Assembly (NCBI GenBank): GCA_037445735.1
Contig: JBBIJY010000007.1
Coordinates: forward strand, 32,001 to 96,000
Origin: Armatimonadota bacterium
GTDB taxonomy: Bacteria; Armatimonadota; Fimbriimonadia; Fimbriimonadales; GBS-DC
DNA length: 64,000 nucleotides
Direction: 5' to 3'
Shown here: positions 30,216 to 42,158 of the stretch, one piece after another
Position numbering within the stretch: position 1 is the stretch's first letter
Layout: each line of letters opens with the position of its first letter
Notes under the pieces: model-generated
What the model saw: the letters and a program-made list of their open reading frames with translations, nothing else
Database searches by the model: none
What the model was told of the DNA's origin: nothing
Translations under genes and position numbers: made by a program

Positions 30216-31998
30216 CGCTACTCACCTCCCGTCGCACCTGGCGAATCGGCAGCTCGATTTCAAAAATAGTTCCCCGCTGCGGCTGGCTGCTGACACGGAT
30301 GCGCCCGCCGTGCATGTCGATGGTGCGCTTGACACTGTACAGTCCCAATCCGAATCCGTCGGGGCGCGTGCAGGCGAACGGCTCGAACAGGTTCGGTAGC
30401 ACGCTTTCGGGGATGCCGACCCCTGTGTCTGCCACCCACAGTCGGACTCGATCCGCGCTGCGGCAGGCACCGATGGTCAACACACCACCCCCTGTCGGCT
30501 CCATCGCCTTGAGCGCGTTCAAAACCAGATTGACCAGCATCAGCTCCAGCTGGGTCGGGTCGGCTTCGATCCGGGGCAGGCGCGGTGCCAGCTCCTGTTG
30601 AACCTTTACCTGAGTCAGATGCAGGTGCGAGCGCGTCAACTCCAGCACACGCTGGACCAACGCGGGCAGGTTCACCTTCTCCAGCTGGAGCTGGCTCGGA
30701 CGCGCGTAGGACAGGAGCCGATAAGCCAGCACATTCAGCCGATCGAGCTGAGCGCGAAGCTCGCTTTGCAACCGCTCTGGCTCGTGTGGACTGACCGCGA
30801 GCGAGAGCGCGAGCGAGCTGATGATGTTGCGAATATCGTGCGCCGTAGTGGCTGCCAGCATGCCGACGACCGACAGCTTCTCGTGCTGGATGAGCTGCTG
30901 TTGCATCCGATTGAGTGTTTCGTACATCTGCTGAACGCGCTGGCGGAGGGCATAGCTTTCGAGCACCTGCGCGGTCAGATGGAGCATCGGCTCGGCATAG
31001 ACGGTTCGGAACTCGTCCTCATCGGGGAGCGGGTCGTAGCCGAACGCGATTATGCCAGCGGGCGCATTCGCGTCGCGATAGAGGCAGCCCAGCCCGTGTA
31101 CAGCGCCCAGCGCTCGTGCCAGTGCAGCGGGCAGCGGTGCAAAAGGCGCCGGGCTGGCAAGCAGTTGACCCCAGAGCGAGCGCCAGCCACGCGCGGGCAA
31201 AGAGAGCGGCTGCGATTGCGAGCCGGCGCGCGTGAGGACGCCCTCGACGCGCGGACGCACCGCGTCGACATGCAAAATCGCGGCGCTGCGCACGCCCTGG
31301 AGCTGGGTCAGCGCTTCCGTCAGCTTCTGCGCCAGCTCGCCCGCGTCTTTTGCGAAATTGGCGCTGTGCAGCGCGTGCGCAATAGCGCTGAGCGCCTGCT
31401 GTGTGCGCTCCAGCTGGCGACTGCGCTCTTCAAGGGCGCGACGCTCCTGCGCCAGACGCTCTTCGAACAGCCGCTCGCGCTCCAGCTCCGCACTCACGCG
31501 CATCGCCAGCAGCGCAATCAGCTCCCGATCGGCATCGCCCAGCGGCTGATCATGGCGACCATCGATGATGCAGAGCGTGCCGATGGGGCGACCCCGATTG
31601 TCGCGGATAGGAGCGCCCAGATAGCGCGTCCAGCCCAGCGCGGTTGTCGGAAACTGACAGAATTCGCGATCGCGTCGCACATCCTGAATGAGCGTCACGC
31701 GGTTCGTGCGCAGCGTGCGCGCACAGTAGGCATCCTCCGTCGGAATGCCGCAGACCCCCTTCGCCCATTCTGGCGGGTTCGCCACATACTTGAACAGAAT
31801 CTGCTCGCCCTGATGAAGCGTGATCGCAGCCGTCGCACCGCCGTAAAACGCACTGAGCCGATCCGCCACAAAACGATACGAGACCTCAGGATCCGGATGA
31901 AAGAAGGTGCTGATCTGCAGTAATAGTTCGCGATAGGCGTCGGCAGGCAACGCCCCTTGAATCGTCCGTGCCTCTTGCGTTGAGTCGCTTCGCTTCAT
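30190..31998 (-). CDS. GAF-domain sensor histidine kinase
   Basis: GAF (GTLCIID), AHDIRN, NLVLNA, DTGVGI, GFGLGL. Confidence 0.9.
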   Translation of the reverse strand: MKRSDSTQEARTIQGALPADAYRELLLQISTFFHPDPEVSYRFVADRLSAFYGGATAAITLHQGEQILFKYVANPPEWAKGVCGIPTEDAYCARTLRTNRVTLIQDVRRDREFCQFPTTALGWTRYLGAPIRDNRGRPIGTLCIIDGRHDQPLGDADRELIALLAMRVSAELERERLFEERLAQERRALEERSRQLERTQQALSAIAHALHSANFAKDAGELAQKLTEALTQLQGVRSAAILHVDAVRPRVEGVLTRAGSQSQPLSLPARGWRSLWGQLLASPAPFAPLPAALARALGAVHGLGCLYRDANAPAGIIAFGYDPLPDEDEFRTVYAEPMLHLTAQVLESYALRQRVQQMYETLNRMQQQLIQHEKLSVVGMLAATTAHDIRNIISSLALSLAVSPHEPERLQSELRAQLDRLNVLAYRLLSYARPSQLQLEKVNLPALVQRVLELTRSHLHLTQVKVQQELAPRLPRIEADPTQLELMLVNLVLNALKAMEPTGGGVLTIGACRSADRVRLWVADTGVGIPESVLPNLFEPFACTRPDGFGLGLYSVKRTIDMHGGRIRVSSQPQRGTIFEIELPIRQVRREVSSDAATAHRR

Positions 31999-32093
31999 TC
32001 CGCTTCACACCCCTGTGGATATATAGGATACCCTGCGCAGGGCGCAGGGTATAATTTCAATCGGCTCCGTAGGGGACAAAGAGGTGAATCGGA

Positions 32094-33017
32094 ATGGCGC
32101 AGGGGTCAGAGCGATTGCGGACGGGTCTGGTGCTGGGGGGTCTTGCGGCAGCGGGCGGGCTGCTCGCCGTTCTGATCGACTCCGTTGGTGTTGACCCTGT
32201 GCTGTTCATCGGGGGACTGTTTGCAGGCGGGCTGGTAACAGGGGTGCTGTTAGACGCGCTGGTCAATTTCGTACGCCGACGCCGATTGCCCCACATGCTG
32301 CCCCATTACCGTCGGGAGCATCTGCGCCTGCGCCAGTTAGCCCAGCAACTGCGCCAGAACCTCTGCCAGTTGACAGGCGTTAAGAGCAACTATCCGGAGC
32401 TGGATGAGATTCTGCGGCGCGACGCCAATCTGCGCCATCGCGCCACCCTGCTGCGCATGGAGATTCTTAAGGAGGCGCGGCGCGGGCTGACATGGGTCGA
32501 TCACCTGCGCGCGGGGCTGGGACTGCTCGGCGAAGGCTACCCGATGACCGCCGGGCGCATCGACCGCACTGAATGGGTCTGGCGCGCCTATCGGGCGAAG
32601 CTGGAGCGCGAAGTGCAGCATCTGGGGCGCAAACTGGAACGCAACCGCAACCCCCATCTGGAGGAACAGCTCGTGTTCGCCTATCGCCAGAAGGCACGCG
32701 AACTGGCCAGCTTCCATCAGCTGGAGACCACCCTCCAGCAGTTAGAAACCGAGATGGGCATCATCGTGACGGGATTGGAAAGCATGCTGATGAAGACCCT
32801 CCAGCTGGGCACGGCGGTCGGCACACCTGCCGCTGCGAGTGTATCCACCGATGACCTGCTGGAACCGCTGCGCCAGCAGCTGCGCGCATTCGAGCAGGCG
32901 ATGCAGGAGATGCAGGCGATGGAGCGCGATGTCAGCCCGCCGTCCCTGCACCTCTCGCAGGGCACGCGCGGGCGAGGAGCGCCTTTCAGCGCAGAGCGAA
33001 CCGATTCAGCGCCCTGA
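32094..33017 (+). CDS. Hypothetical membrane-anchored coiled-coil protein
   Basis: Two N-terminal TM helices followed by a long helical domain; GGGTATAAT promoter. Confidence 0.7.
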   Translation: MAQGSERLRTGLVLGGLAAAGGLLAVLIDSVGVDPVLFIGGLFAGGLVTGVLLDALVNFVRRRRLPHMLPHYRREHLRLRQLAQQLRQNLCQLTGVKSNYPELDEILRRDANLRHRATLLRMEILKEARRGLTWVDHLRAGLGLLGEGYPMTAGRIDRTEWVWRAYRAKLEREVQHLGRKLERNRNPHLEEQLVFAYRQKARELASFHQLETTLQQLETEMGIIVTGLESMLMKTLQLGTAVGTPAAASVSTDDLLEPLRQQLRAFEQAMQEMQAMERDVSPPSLHLSQGTRGRGAPFSAERTDSAP

Positions 33018-34029
33018 GCCGCCGCTGCAGACCCGGATGAAGGCTTTTTTCAGGGGGCTTCCCGCGTAGCAGGGCGACCTTCAGCAGGGCGCTCTGCATC
33101 GCATCGGCACCATACTGACTGACAGCGAAGGCGTCGGCTTGAAGCTCGTGTCGATAGCGCAGCCACAGCATTGGCGCCATCATGCCCACCAGGAGCAACG
33201 CTAAAAGCGTCAGATTCAGCCAGCGGGCATACCCATGCCAGAGCGGTGCCGTAGCGAGCATCAGCCCGCTTGCTGCGCCTATCTGCAGCAGCCACAACCG
33301 CCACAGCCGCCGCCGTTGCGCCAGATGAGCCACCTCATGCGCCAGCACCGCCAGCGTCTCGCGCTCCGTGAGATTCGCCAGCAGGTAGTCGGTGATGGCG
33401 ATTCGCCCGCCACTGAGCGCGAAGGCGCTGGCGATTCGTGCCCGCGAGCCGTCCAGCACCAGCAGCGCGCGCACGGTCACGCCCAGCTCGCGCCCCATTC
33501 GCCGCACCTCCGCCTCCAGATGCGCCCCGACGCTGAGCGCCCGAACGGGCAACGGCAGCCCCCACCGCACATAAAGAAGCGCGATTGCAATCCCCGCGAT
33601 GCCCATCAGCCTTAGCAGCAGCCCTTCCAGAGGCGATCTGGCAATAACGCCGTGCAGCAGCGGCGTGACGGACAACCCTACCAGCCCGACCGCCATCAGC
33701 GGCGCAAGCTGCTCGAACACCAGTCGCAGGCGCAGGTGGAGATACTCCTGCCGCGTGAGGGTCAGCCCCCGTTGCGCCCGCTCCAGCGGATAGAGCCGCC
33801 AGAAGAGCCAGCTGAACTCCGCCATAAGAAGCGCGAAGCCGACCCAGAACGCGAGCGCCCACTCCAGCGCATGACGCGGCGCAAACGCAATCAGCACCCC
33901 CAGCTTCAGGCACACCGACAGCCATAATAACCCCTTGAGGCGCAACGCAAGCAGGCGATGCAAGGGTAGGCATCCCACCCGGAGCGCAATCAGCAGCGAA
34001 GCGCCCATCAGCCCAATCAGCCAGCCCAC
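32986..34029 (-). CDS. M48 (HtpX-like) membrane zinc protease
   Basis: AVLAHEVAH, RHELQAD, HP; likely GTG start 8 nt after a sigma28 box. Confidence 0.8.
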   Translation of the reverse strand: MGWLIGLMGASLLIALRVGCLPLHRLLALRLKGLLWLSVCLKLGVLIAFAPRHALEWALAFWVGFALLMAEFSWLFWRLYPLERAQRGLTLTRQEYLHLRLRLVFEQLAPLMAVGLVGLSVTPLLHGVIARSPLEGLLLRLMGIAGIAIALLYVRWGLPLPVRALSVGAHLEAEVRRMGRELGVTVRALLVLDGSRARIASAFALSGGRIAITDYLLANLTERETLAVLAHEVAHLAQRRRLWRLWLLQIGAASGLMLATAPLWHGYARWLNLTLLALLLVGMMAPMLWLRYRHELQADAFAVSQYGADAMQSALLKVALLRGKPPEKSLHPGLQRRLRALNRFALR

Positions 34030-34036
34030 AGGGGAG

Positions 34037-34046
34037 ATTATCGGCA
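34037..34046 (-). promoter_or_regulatory. sigma28-type -10 box
   Basis: TGCCGATAAT on the minus strand. Confidence 0.5.
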
Positions 34047-34086
34047 GCTGAAGCCGAACATCCTGCCCATGAAGCGCTCCACACGC

Positions 34087-34131
34087 TCTGAACCCTCTCC
34101 CCCTTCGTAAGGGAGAGAGGGCAGAGAGAGA
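34087..34131. repeat. REP-like C/G palindromic element
   Basis: CTCTGAACCCTCTCCCCCTT-CGT-AAGGGAGAGAGGG; same family as the copy in fliO. Confidence 0.55.
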
Positions 34132-34157
34132 AGATTCCCAACAATGTGGCACTCACA

Positions 34158-34232
34158 TGGTGAGCCGGGTGGGATTCGAACCCACGACCAACGGCTTAAA
34201 AGGCCGCTGCTCTGCCCCTGAGCTACCGGCTC
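34158..34232 (-). tRNA. tRNA-Lys(TTT)
   Basis: GAGCCGG/CCGGCTC; GCGGC-CT TTT AA-GCCGT; CCA. Confidence 0.95.
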
Positions 34233-34358
34233 ATCGTTCCCATTATACCCCGTTGCTGCCAGTGATGGGACAGCGGGAGCCGCTTATGGAGGGGTGAGGA
34301 GATGCTCCTGTGCAGCGCGCTGGCTACTGTCTGATTGAACGGGTAAAATCTCTCCCTG

Positions 34359-35477
34359 ATGGAGTGGTTCAATAATCAGCCGCTGCGCGAGCGACCGCAT
34401 ATCGCTGTGCTGTTCTATGACGCGATTGGCGACTTCGTGATTATCACACCGCTCCTGCGCGGGCTGAAGGAAAAGTACCCCGATTGCACGCTGGACTACT
34501 TCAGCGGGGAGCGCACGCGCGAGCTGGAAGAGGCACTGCCCTACATCGATGCTCGCTTCTCCGTGTTCGGCAACCCGAACGCCATGCGCGAGCTGCCCGC
34601 CTTCATTAAAGAGCGGTGCGAACGGGCAGGCGCCTACGATCTGGTCATCAACTGCGATTTTCACCCTACGATGGCGTTCGTGGCGCGCCTGCTGGAGCCG
34701 CGCTATGTGGTCGGGCGCTGCATCAGCCACGACTGGCGCGAGGAGGTGCCCCGCCACCCCGATAAGGTGCATCAACTGCATGATGAGTTCTGGTCAGCGC
34801 CCGACCTGCTGCAACGCTACAGCGACATTCTCACCAGCACCTACATCGGCGAAATCTGGTGCCGATTAGCCTTTGTGGAGACCGACTTCTTTCGCACGGA
34901 GGTGCCGACGGCGGAGCCGGGCTGCGCCGTGCCCGATGTGCTGATTGCCACTGGCGGGCGCCGCCCCGCCAAGCTCTGGAGCCGCGACTACTGGAAGCAG
35001 GTGATCGACTGGTGCACGGCGGAAGGGGTCAGCGTCGGGTTGATTGGCGACCGCCCCCAGCGCCAGAGCGCGGTCTATCACACGGGCGACACCGAGAGCT
35101 GGCTGCTGGAACAGACCGCGCTCATCGACCTGCGCGGGCGGTTCAGCCTGCCCCAGGTCGCCGGCGCGCTGCAACGGGCGAAAGCGTGCCTCTCGGTGGA
35201 CAACGGTATCATGCACCTGGCTTACAGTGTGGGCACGCCCACAATCGCCCTGTTCGGTGCCAGCCCATGGTGGGTGTGGACGCCGCCTGTGCCGAATCTT
35301 ACTCTCATGCTGCCAGAAGAGCCGTGCCCGCGCTGCTACGAGAACCGATTCCGCAACGCCCACTGCCTGCTCCCGCGCCACCAGTGCATGCTCAGCATCC
35401 GCCCGGAGCGCGTCATCGAAACCCTGCGCTCCATCCTGCAGAACTCAAGCGGATTCTCAAAGAATCCTGACGATTAG
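34359..35477 (+). CDS. Glycosyltransferase family 9 (heptosyltransferase-like)
   Basis: AIGDFVI..P, K.W, DNGIMHLA...GTPTIALFG. Confidence 0.9.
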   Translation: MEWFNNQPLRERPHIAVLFYDAIGDFVIITPLLRGLKEKYPDCTLDYFSGERTRELEEALPYIDARFSVFGNPNAMRELPAFIKERCERAGAYDLVINCDFHPTMAFVARLLEPRYVVGRCISHDWREEVPRHPDKVHQLHDEFWSAPDLLQRYSDILTSTYIGEIWCRLAFVETDFFRTEVPTAEPGCAVPDVLIATGGRRPAKLWSRDYWKQVIDWCTAEGVSVGLIGDRPQRQSAVYHTGDTESWLLEQTALIDLRGRFSLPQVAGALQRAKACLSVDNGIMHLAYSVGTPTIALFGASPWWVWTPPVPNLTLMLPEEPCPRCYENRFRNAHCLLPRHQCMLSIRPERVIETLRSILQNSSGFSKNPDD

Positions 35478-35505
35478 CCCGTGAAAACGGCAGGAGAAAC
35501 GGTTG

Positions 35506-35521
35506 TGGCACAGAAATTGCT
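35506..35521 (+). promoter_or_regulatory. sigma54 (-24/-12) promoter
   Basis: TGGCAC-AGAAA-TTGCT, exact GG-N10-GC spacing, intergenic. Confidence 0.75.
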
Positions 35522-35701
35522 GTATAGTTTTATAAAGGCGAGCACAAGAGCACTGGTCACGCGGGTCATCTGCCCGTAGCAATTCAGACCCCTGCAGAAC
35601 GGCTCGCCCCCTTTGATAGTGCTAACTATGGATGGAAGGCAGGTGCGGTTCGCTACCGCGCTCTCCAGAGAGGTTGATAGCACGGTCAGGGAGGAGCATC
35701 G

Positions 35702-36748
35702 ATGAAAGGGTTTCGCATACTGGTGGTGGAGGACGAGGTGCTGTTGCAGCGGGTGATGGAGGATGCCGCCCGGCTGATTGGACTTCCGTGTGAGGTGGTG
35801 CGCACTGGTCAGGAGGCGCTGGAACGCCTGCAGACACGCGCGTATGACCTGCTGATTCAGGATGTGCGATTGCCCGACATCAGCGGTGCTGCTGTGGTGA
35901 AGGCTGCCCGTGCGATAGACCCTGCGCTGCCCGTGATTTTAATCACCGCCTATGCAGCCGATGCGGAGGTTCAGCAGGCTGTTCAGCAGGGTGTGGATGC
36001 GGTGCTGTTCAAGCCCTTTGATATCGACACCCTGCTCGCCAGCGTGCGCCATCTGCTGTGGAAGCGTCATGGAGTGGTTTTGACGCATGCGGTGGTGCAG
36101 GCGCCTGCGCCGATGCCGATACCCCCGTCGTGGCTGGAAATCCCGCCCGTCGGGGGTTTTGTTACGCTCCATCTGGAGGGGCGACGCCTGATGGGGCAGG
36201 TGCGCGCCAGCAACGAGCTGGAGTGCGTGATTGAAACGCCCCCCGAAACAGGCGCGATTCCCGCCTGGGTGCAGGTGGAGCTGACGGGCAGGGATGCGCT
36301 GTACGGTTTCCGCGCACGCCTGATCGAGCATCAGCGCAGGGAAGACAGCGACTGGTGGCGGCTGAAGCGTCCCAGTCGGGTTCGGCGCATCCAGCGACGG
36401 CGTGAGCCGCGCCTGCCCGCGACCGGGCATGCGGTGGTGTCGGCAGTTGGACGCCTGCTGCGCACGGTGGAGGGCACCCTGCTCGATCTGAGCGCCCATG
36501 GCGTTGCGCTCAAGCTGCCTGTGGAACTGAACAAAGGCACGCCTCTGCACCTGCTCATCGAATGGCAGGAGCCAGAAGCGACTCACACCTTCCGCAGCGA
36601 GGGCTTTGTCTGCCACACGCTGGCACTGACCGAAGCGGGGTGCCCCGTCTACCTCAGTGGTATCCAGCTGATGCGCATGCCACGCGCTATTCGGTCCCGC
36701 ATCCGCGAGCGGCTCCATCAGCAACTGATGGCGGACATACCCCCGTAA
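35702..36748 (+). CDS. Response regulator REC fused to a YcgR/PilZ flagellar-brake-like domain
   Basis: REC (VEDE, phospho-Asp in QDVRLP, KPF); PilZ QRRREPR and DLSAHG. Confidence 0.85.
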   Translation: MKGFRILVVEDEVLLQRVMEDAARLIGLPCEVVRTGQEALERLQTRAYDLLIQDVRLPDISGAAVVKAARAIDPALPVILITAYAADAEVQQAVQQGVDAVLFKPFDIDTLLASVRHLLWKRHGVVLTHAVVQAPAPMPIPPSWLEIPPVGGFVTLHLEGRRLMGQVRASNELECVIETPPETGAIPAWVQVELTGRDALYGFRARLIEHQRREDSDWWRLKRPSRVRRIQRRREPRLPATGHAVVSAVGRLLRTVEGTLLDLSAHGVALKLPVELNKGTPLHLLIEWQEPEATHTFRSEGFVCHTLALTEAGCPVYLSGIQLMRMPRAIRSRIRERLHQQLMADIPP

Positions 36749-36853
36749 CTTGAACAGGTTCCCCGTACTTTTACGATTTTTTATCCAATCCCCGTATTTT
36801 TGCGGAGAGGATACTTTCAGATTGTGCCCACAATCCCCTGTGGCTCACGAACC

Positions 36854-36912
36854 GCCCCGCCGAGGGATCGCGGGGCGCGTGCGCCAGCCAAACCTAATCC
36901 ATCAGGGAGGAT
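36854..36912 (+). promoter_or_regulatory. Two AGGGA hairpins (CsrA-type sites) in the fliC leader
   Basis: GCCCCGC..AGGGA..GCGGGGC and ATCC-ATCAGGGA-GGAT overlapping the SD. Confidence 0.55.
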
Positions 36913-36917
36913 GAACG

Positions 36918-38366
36918 ATGAGTCTGCGCATCAACACTAACATGTCGTCGCTGATTGCGCTGCGCAATGTGCAGAGCGCATCCGATGGTTTCGCGCGTTC
37001 GATTGAGCGACTGGCATCCGGTCTGCGCGTTGTGCGCGGTTCAGACGATCCGGCGGGCTTGATCCGCTCGGAAGACCTGCGCGCTCAGATCGCGGGTCTG
37101 GAGCAGGCGATTATGAACTCGCAGGATGCCAGCAACTTGGTGAAGACCGCCGAGGGTGCCCTCGAAGAGGTTCATAACCTGCTGCGCAGCATGCGCCAGC
37201 TGGCGGTGCATGCGGGCAACACGGGCACCAACGACCTGACCGCGCTCCAGGCAGACCAGAACCAGATCCGCTCCGCGTTGGAGAGTATCAATCGTATCGC
37301 CCAGCAGACCCAGTTCGGCACCAAGAAGCTGCTCGATGGCACCGCGGGTGTCAGCACTGCCGTGACCAATTCGAACCTGGTGGGCGGCGCCTTCTTCACG
37401 GGCACCTTCAACGGCGTCGCCGTCGCCTCTGGCGATGTCAGCATTCAGCAGATTACTTCGGCGGCACGCGCAGTGGTCGCTGGAAGCGTCTCCTACGGTT
37501 CGCTTGCCAGCACGGTCGCTGCGGGCAGCATCGTCGTCAACGGGCAGACCTTCTCCACCGATGGCACCGAGACCCTCGAGAGCTTCATCAACAAGATCAA
37601 TGCATCGAGTTCTGTGACGGGCGTTGTCGCGGAAGCCAGTTTTGCGAACGGCAGCTATGTGATTCGCCTGCGCACCAGCGAGTACGGTGCGAATTTCCGC
37701 GTGAACCTTGACGACTCGCGCGGGCTGATCCTCAGCGGGGGCGGCGCCACTGTCCAGACGGGGCGCAACGCTGAGTACACCGTCTCGATCAACACCGCCG
37801 TGGGCGTCACCTCCGTCAAGTTCGTGGGTGGACGCAGCTCCGGTGAATCGGGACTGCGCCTGACCGATACCTACGGCAATGTGATCCTGCTGACCGAGGC
37901 GGGCAACGCCACCACCAGCCTCGTTCAGGTCGCACGCATCACCACGGGGCAGCTCCAGTTCCAGGTCGGTGCGAACGCCGGGCAGTCGGTCGCGCTCTCG
38001 CTCAATAATATCAGCACCACCCAGCTGGGCACAGGTGTCGTGTCAGGTAAGAGCCTCGCCGACATCGATGTGACCAAATCGGGCGGCGCGGAGGAAGCCC
38101 TGCGAATCATCGACGCTGCTATCGCTCAGGTCTCCAAGCTGCGCGGCGATATGGGCGCCTTCCAGAAGAATGTGCTGGAGAGCAACATGCGCTCGCTGAG
38201 CGTCGCGAAGGAGAACCTGACCGCCACCGAGTCGTCCATCCGCGATGTGAACTTCGCCGAGGAGATCACACGCTTCACCAAGTACCAGATCCTGCAGCAA
38301 GCGGGTATGGCAGTGCTGGGGCAGGCGAACTTTGCGCCCCAGGCTGTGCTGCAGCTCATCCGCTAA
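36918..38366 (+). CDS. fliC: Flagellin
   Basis: MSLRINTN, ERLASGLR, DDPAGL, QVGANAGQ, ESSIRDVNFAEE, QANFAPQAVLQL. Confidence 0.97.
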   Translation: MSLRINTNMSSLIALRNVQSASDGFARSIERLASGLRVVRGSDDPAGLIRSEDLRAQIAGLEQAIMNSQDASNLVKTAEGALEEVHNLLRSMRQLAVHAGNTGTNDLTALQADQNQIRSALESINRIAQQTQFGTKKLLDGTAGVSTAVTNSNLVGGAFFTGTFNGVAVASGDVSIQQITSAARAVVAGSVSYGSLASTVAAGSIVVNGQTFSTDGTETLESFINKINASSSVTGVVAEASFANGSYVIRLRTSEYGANFRVNLDDSRGLILSGGGATVQTGRNAEYTVSINTAVGVTSVKFVGGRSSGESGLRLTDTYGNVILLTEAGNATTSLVQVARITTGQLQFQVGANAGQSVALSLNNISTTQLGTGVVSGKSLADIDVTKSGGAEEALRIIDAAIAQVSKLRGDMGAFQKNVLESNMRSLSVAKENLTATESSIRDVNFAEEITRFTKYQILQQAGMAVLGQANFAPQAVLQLIR

Positions 38367-38391
38367 AACACCGCGTCAGGTATACTTCTGC

Positions 38392-38420
38392 AGGGGGGCA
38401 CACGCTGCCCCCCTTCTTTA
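38392..38420 (+). terminator. Probable terminator after fliC
   Basis: GGGGGGCA-loop-TGCCCCCC followed by TTCTTT. Confidence 0.65.
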
Positions 38421-38447
38421 TTGGGGTTCGAAGGAGGAAGCAACGAA

Positions 38448-39603
38448 ATGGGAAAGCGATACGCGATTCTGGGTGCTGGTATGCAGGGTCCCGCTGTCGC
38501 CTATGACCTGGCACGCTTCGGCGACGCCGACATCATCTCGCTGGCAGACATCGACATGGAGCGGGCGACCCTCAAAGCCGAATGGGTTAATCAGCTGGTG
38601 CAGCGCACCGTCGTCTATCCCAAACTGATAGATGCACGCAACGAGAAGCAAGTGCGCGACTACTTCGAGCAAGCCGATGTGATTATCAGCGCGGTGCCGT
38701 GGCAGATGAATATGCGACTGGCGCAACTGGCGCTGGACGCCCGACGCAGCTTTATCGATATGGGCAACGAGCCCGAATGGTTCTGGTTCGAGTTCCGCAA
38801 GCGACACGAAGAGGCACAGGCAGCGGGAATCGCGATTGTGCCCGACTGCGGGCTGGCACCTGGCATGGTGAACCATCTGGGACTCTACTGCATGGAAAAG
38901 ATGGATCAGTGCGACGCGATCCATCTGCGCTGTGGTGGGCTGCCCCAGCGCCCTGTCGGACCGCTCGGCTACAAGCTGGTGTTCAACATGATTGGCGTCA
39001 TTTCGGAATACACGGGCAAGGCGCTCACTCTGCGCGACGGCAAGCCGACCTATGTGAACACACTGGACGATGTGGAGCCTGTCGAGATCGAGGGGCTGGG
39101 CGTGCTGGAGGCAGCGTCGACCTCCGGCGGCACCTCCACCGCCCCCTTCACCCTCGAAGGCAGGGTGCGCGAGTATGATTACAAAACTTTGCGCTATCCC
39201 GGACACTGGGCGATAATGCGCGCGTTGCGTGATCTGGGCTTTTTTGACGAGGCGCCCGTGCGGGTGGGGGAAGTCAGCGTCAGCCCGCGCCAGCTCACCG
39301 CCACCGTCCTTCCACCCCGAATCCAGTTCCCCAACGAGAAGGACCTGGTGGTGGTCTATGTGTGGGCGACGGGCATCAAGGACGGCGCACCCTATCGCAT
39401 CACACTTCAGATGATCGATTATCACGATGATGCGACGGGCTTCACCGCGATGGAGCGCTGCACGGGCTTTTCGGCTTCGATTATCGCGATTGGCGTGGCG
39501 AACGGCACGGTGCCGCGCGGGTTGATCCCCTACGAGCAGTCGATGAGCGGGCACGAGTTCGTGCGTGAGTTCCTGCGGCGCGGGTTCCGCATTCGTGAGA
39601 CGG

Positions 39604-39626
<23 letters not shown>
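38448..39626 (+). CDS. Saccharopine / lysine-6-dehydrogenase family protein
   Basis: ILGAGMQG, DCGLAPG, CGGLP, YKTLRYPGH, AMERCTG. Confidence 0.88.

Positions 39627-42158
<2,532 letters not shown>

Noticed and set aside
32014-32022. DnaA-box-like TGTGGATAT
   Set aside because: Single mismatched copy; no cluster or AT-rich unwinding element
35618-35625. AGTGCTAA resembling a CIRCE half-site
   Set aside because: No TTAGCACTC partner at the 9-nt spacing
35522-35630. Rod-like fold considered as 6S RNA or a second GEMM aptamer (CAGGGGTCTG..GGCAGAT on the minus strand)
   Set aside because: Too short for 6S and overlapping the sigma54 TSS; lacks the GGCAAA/GCAAA core of GEMM
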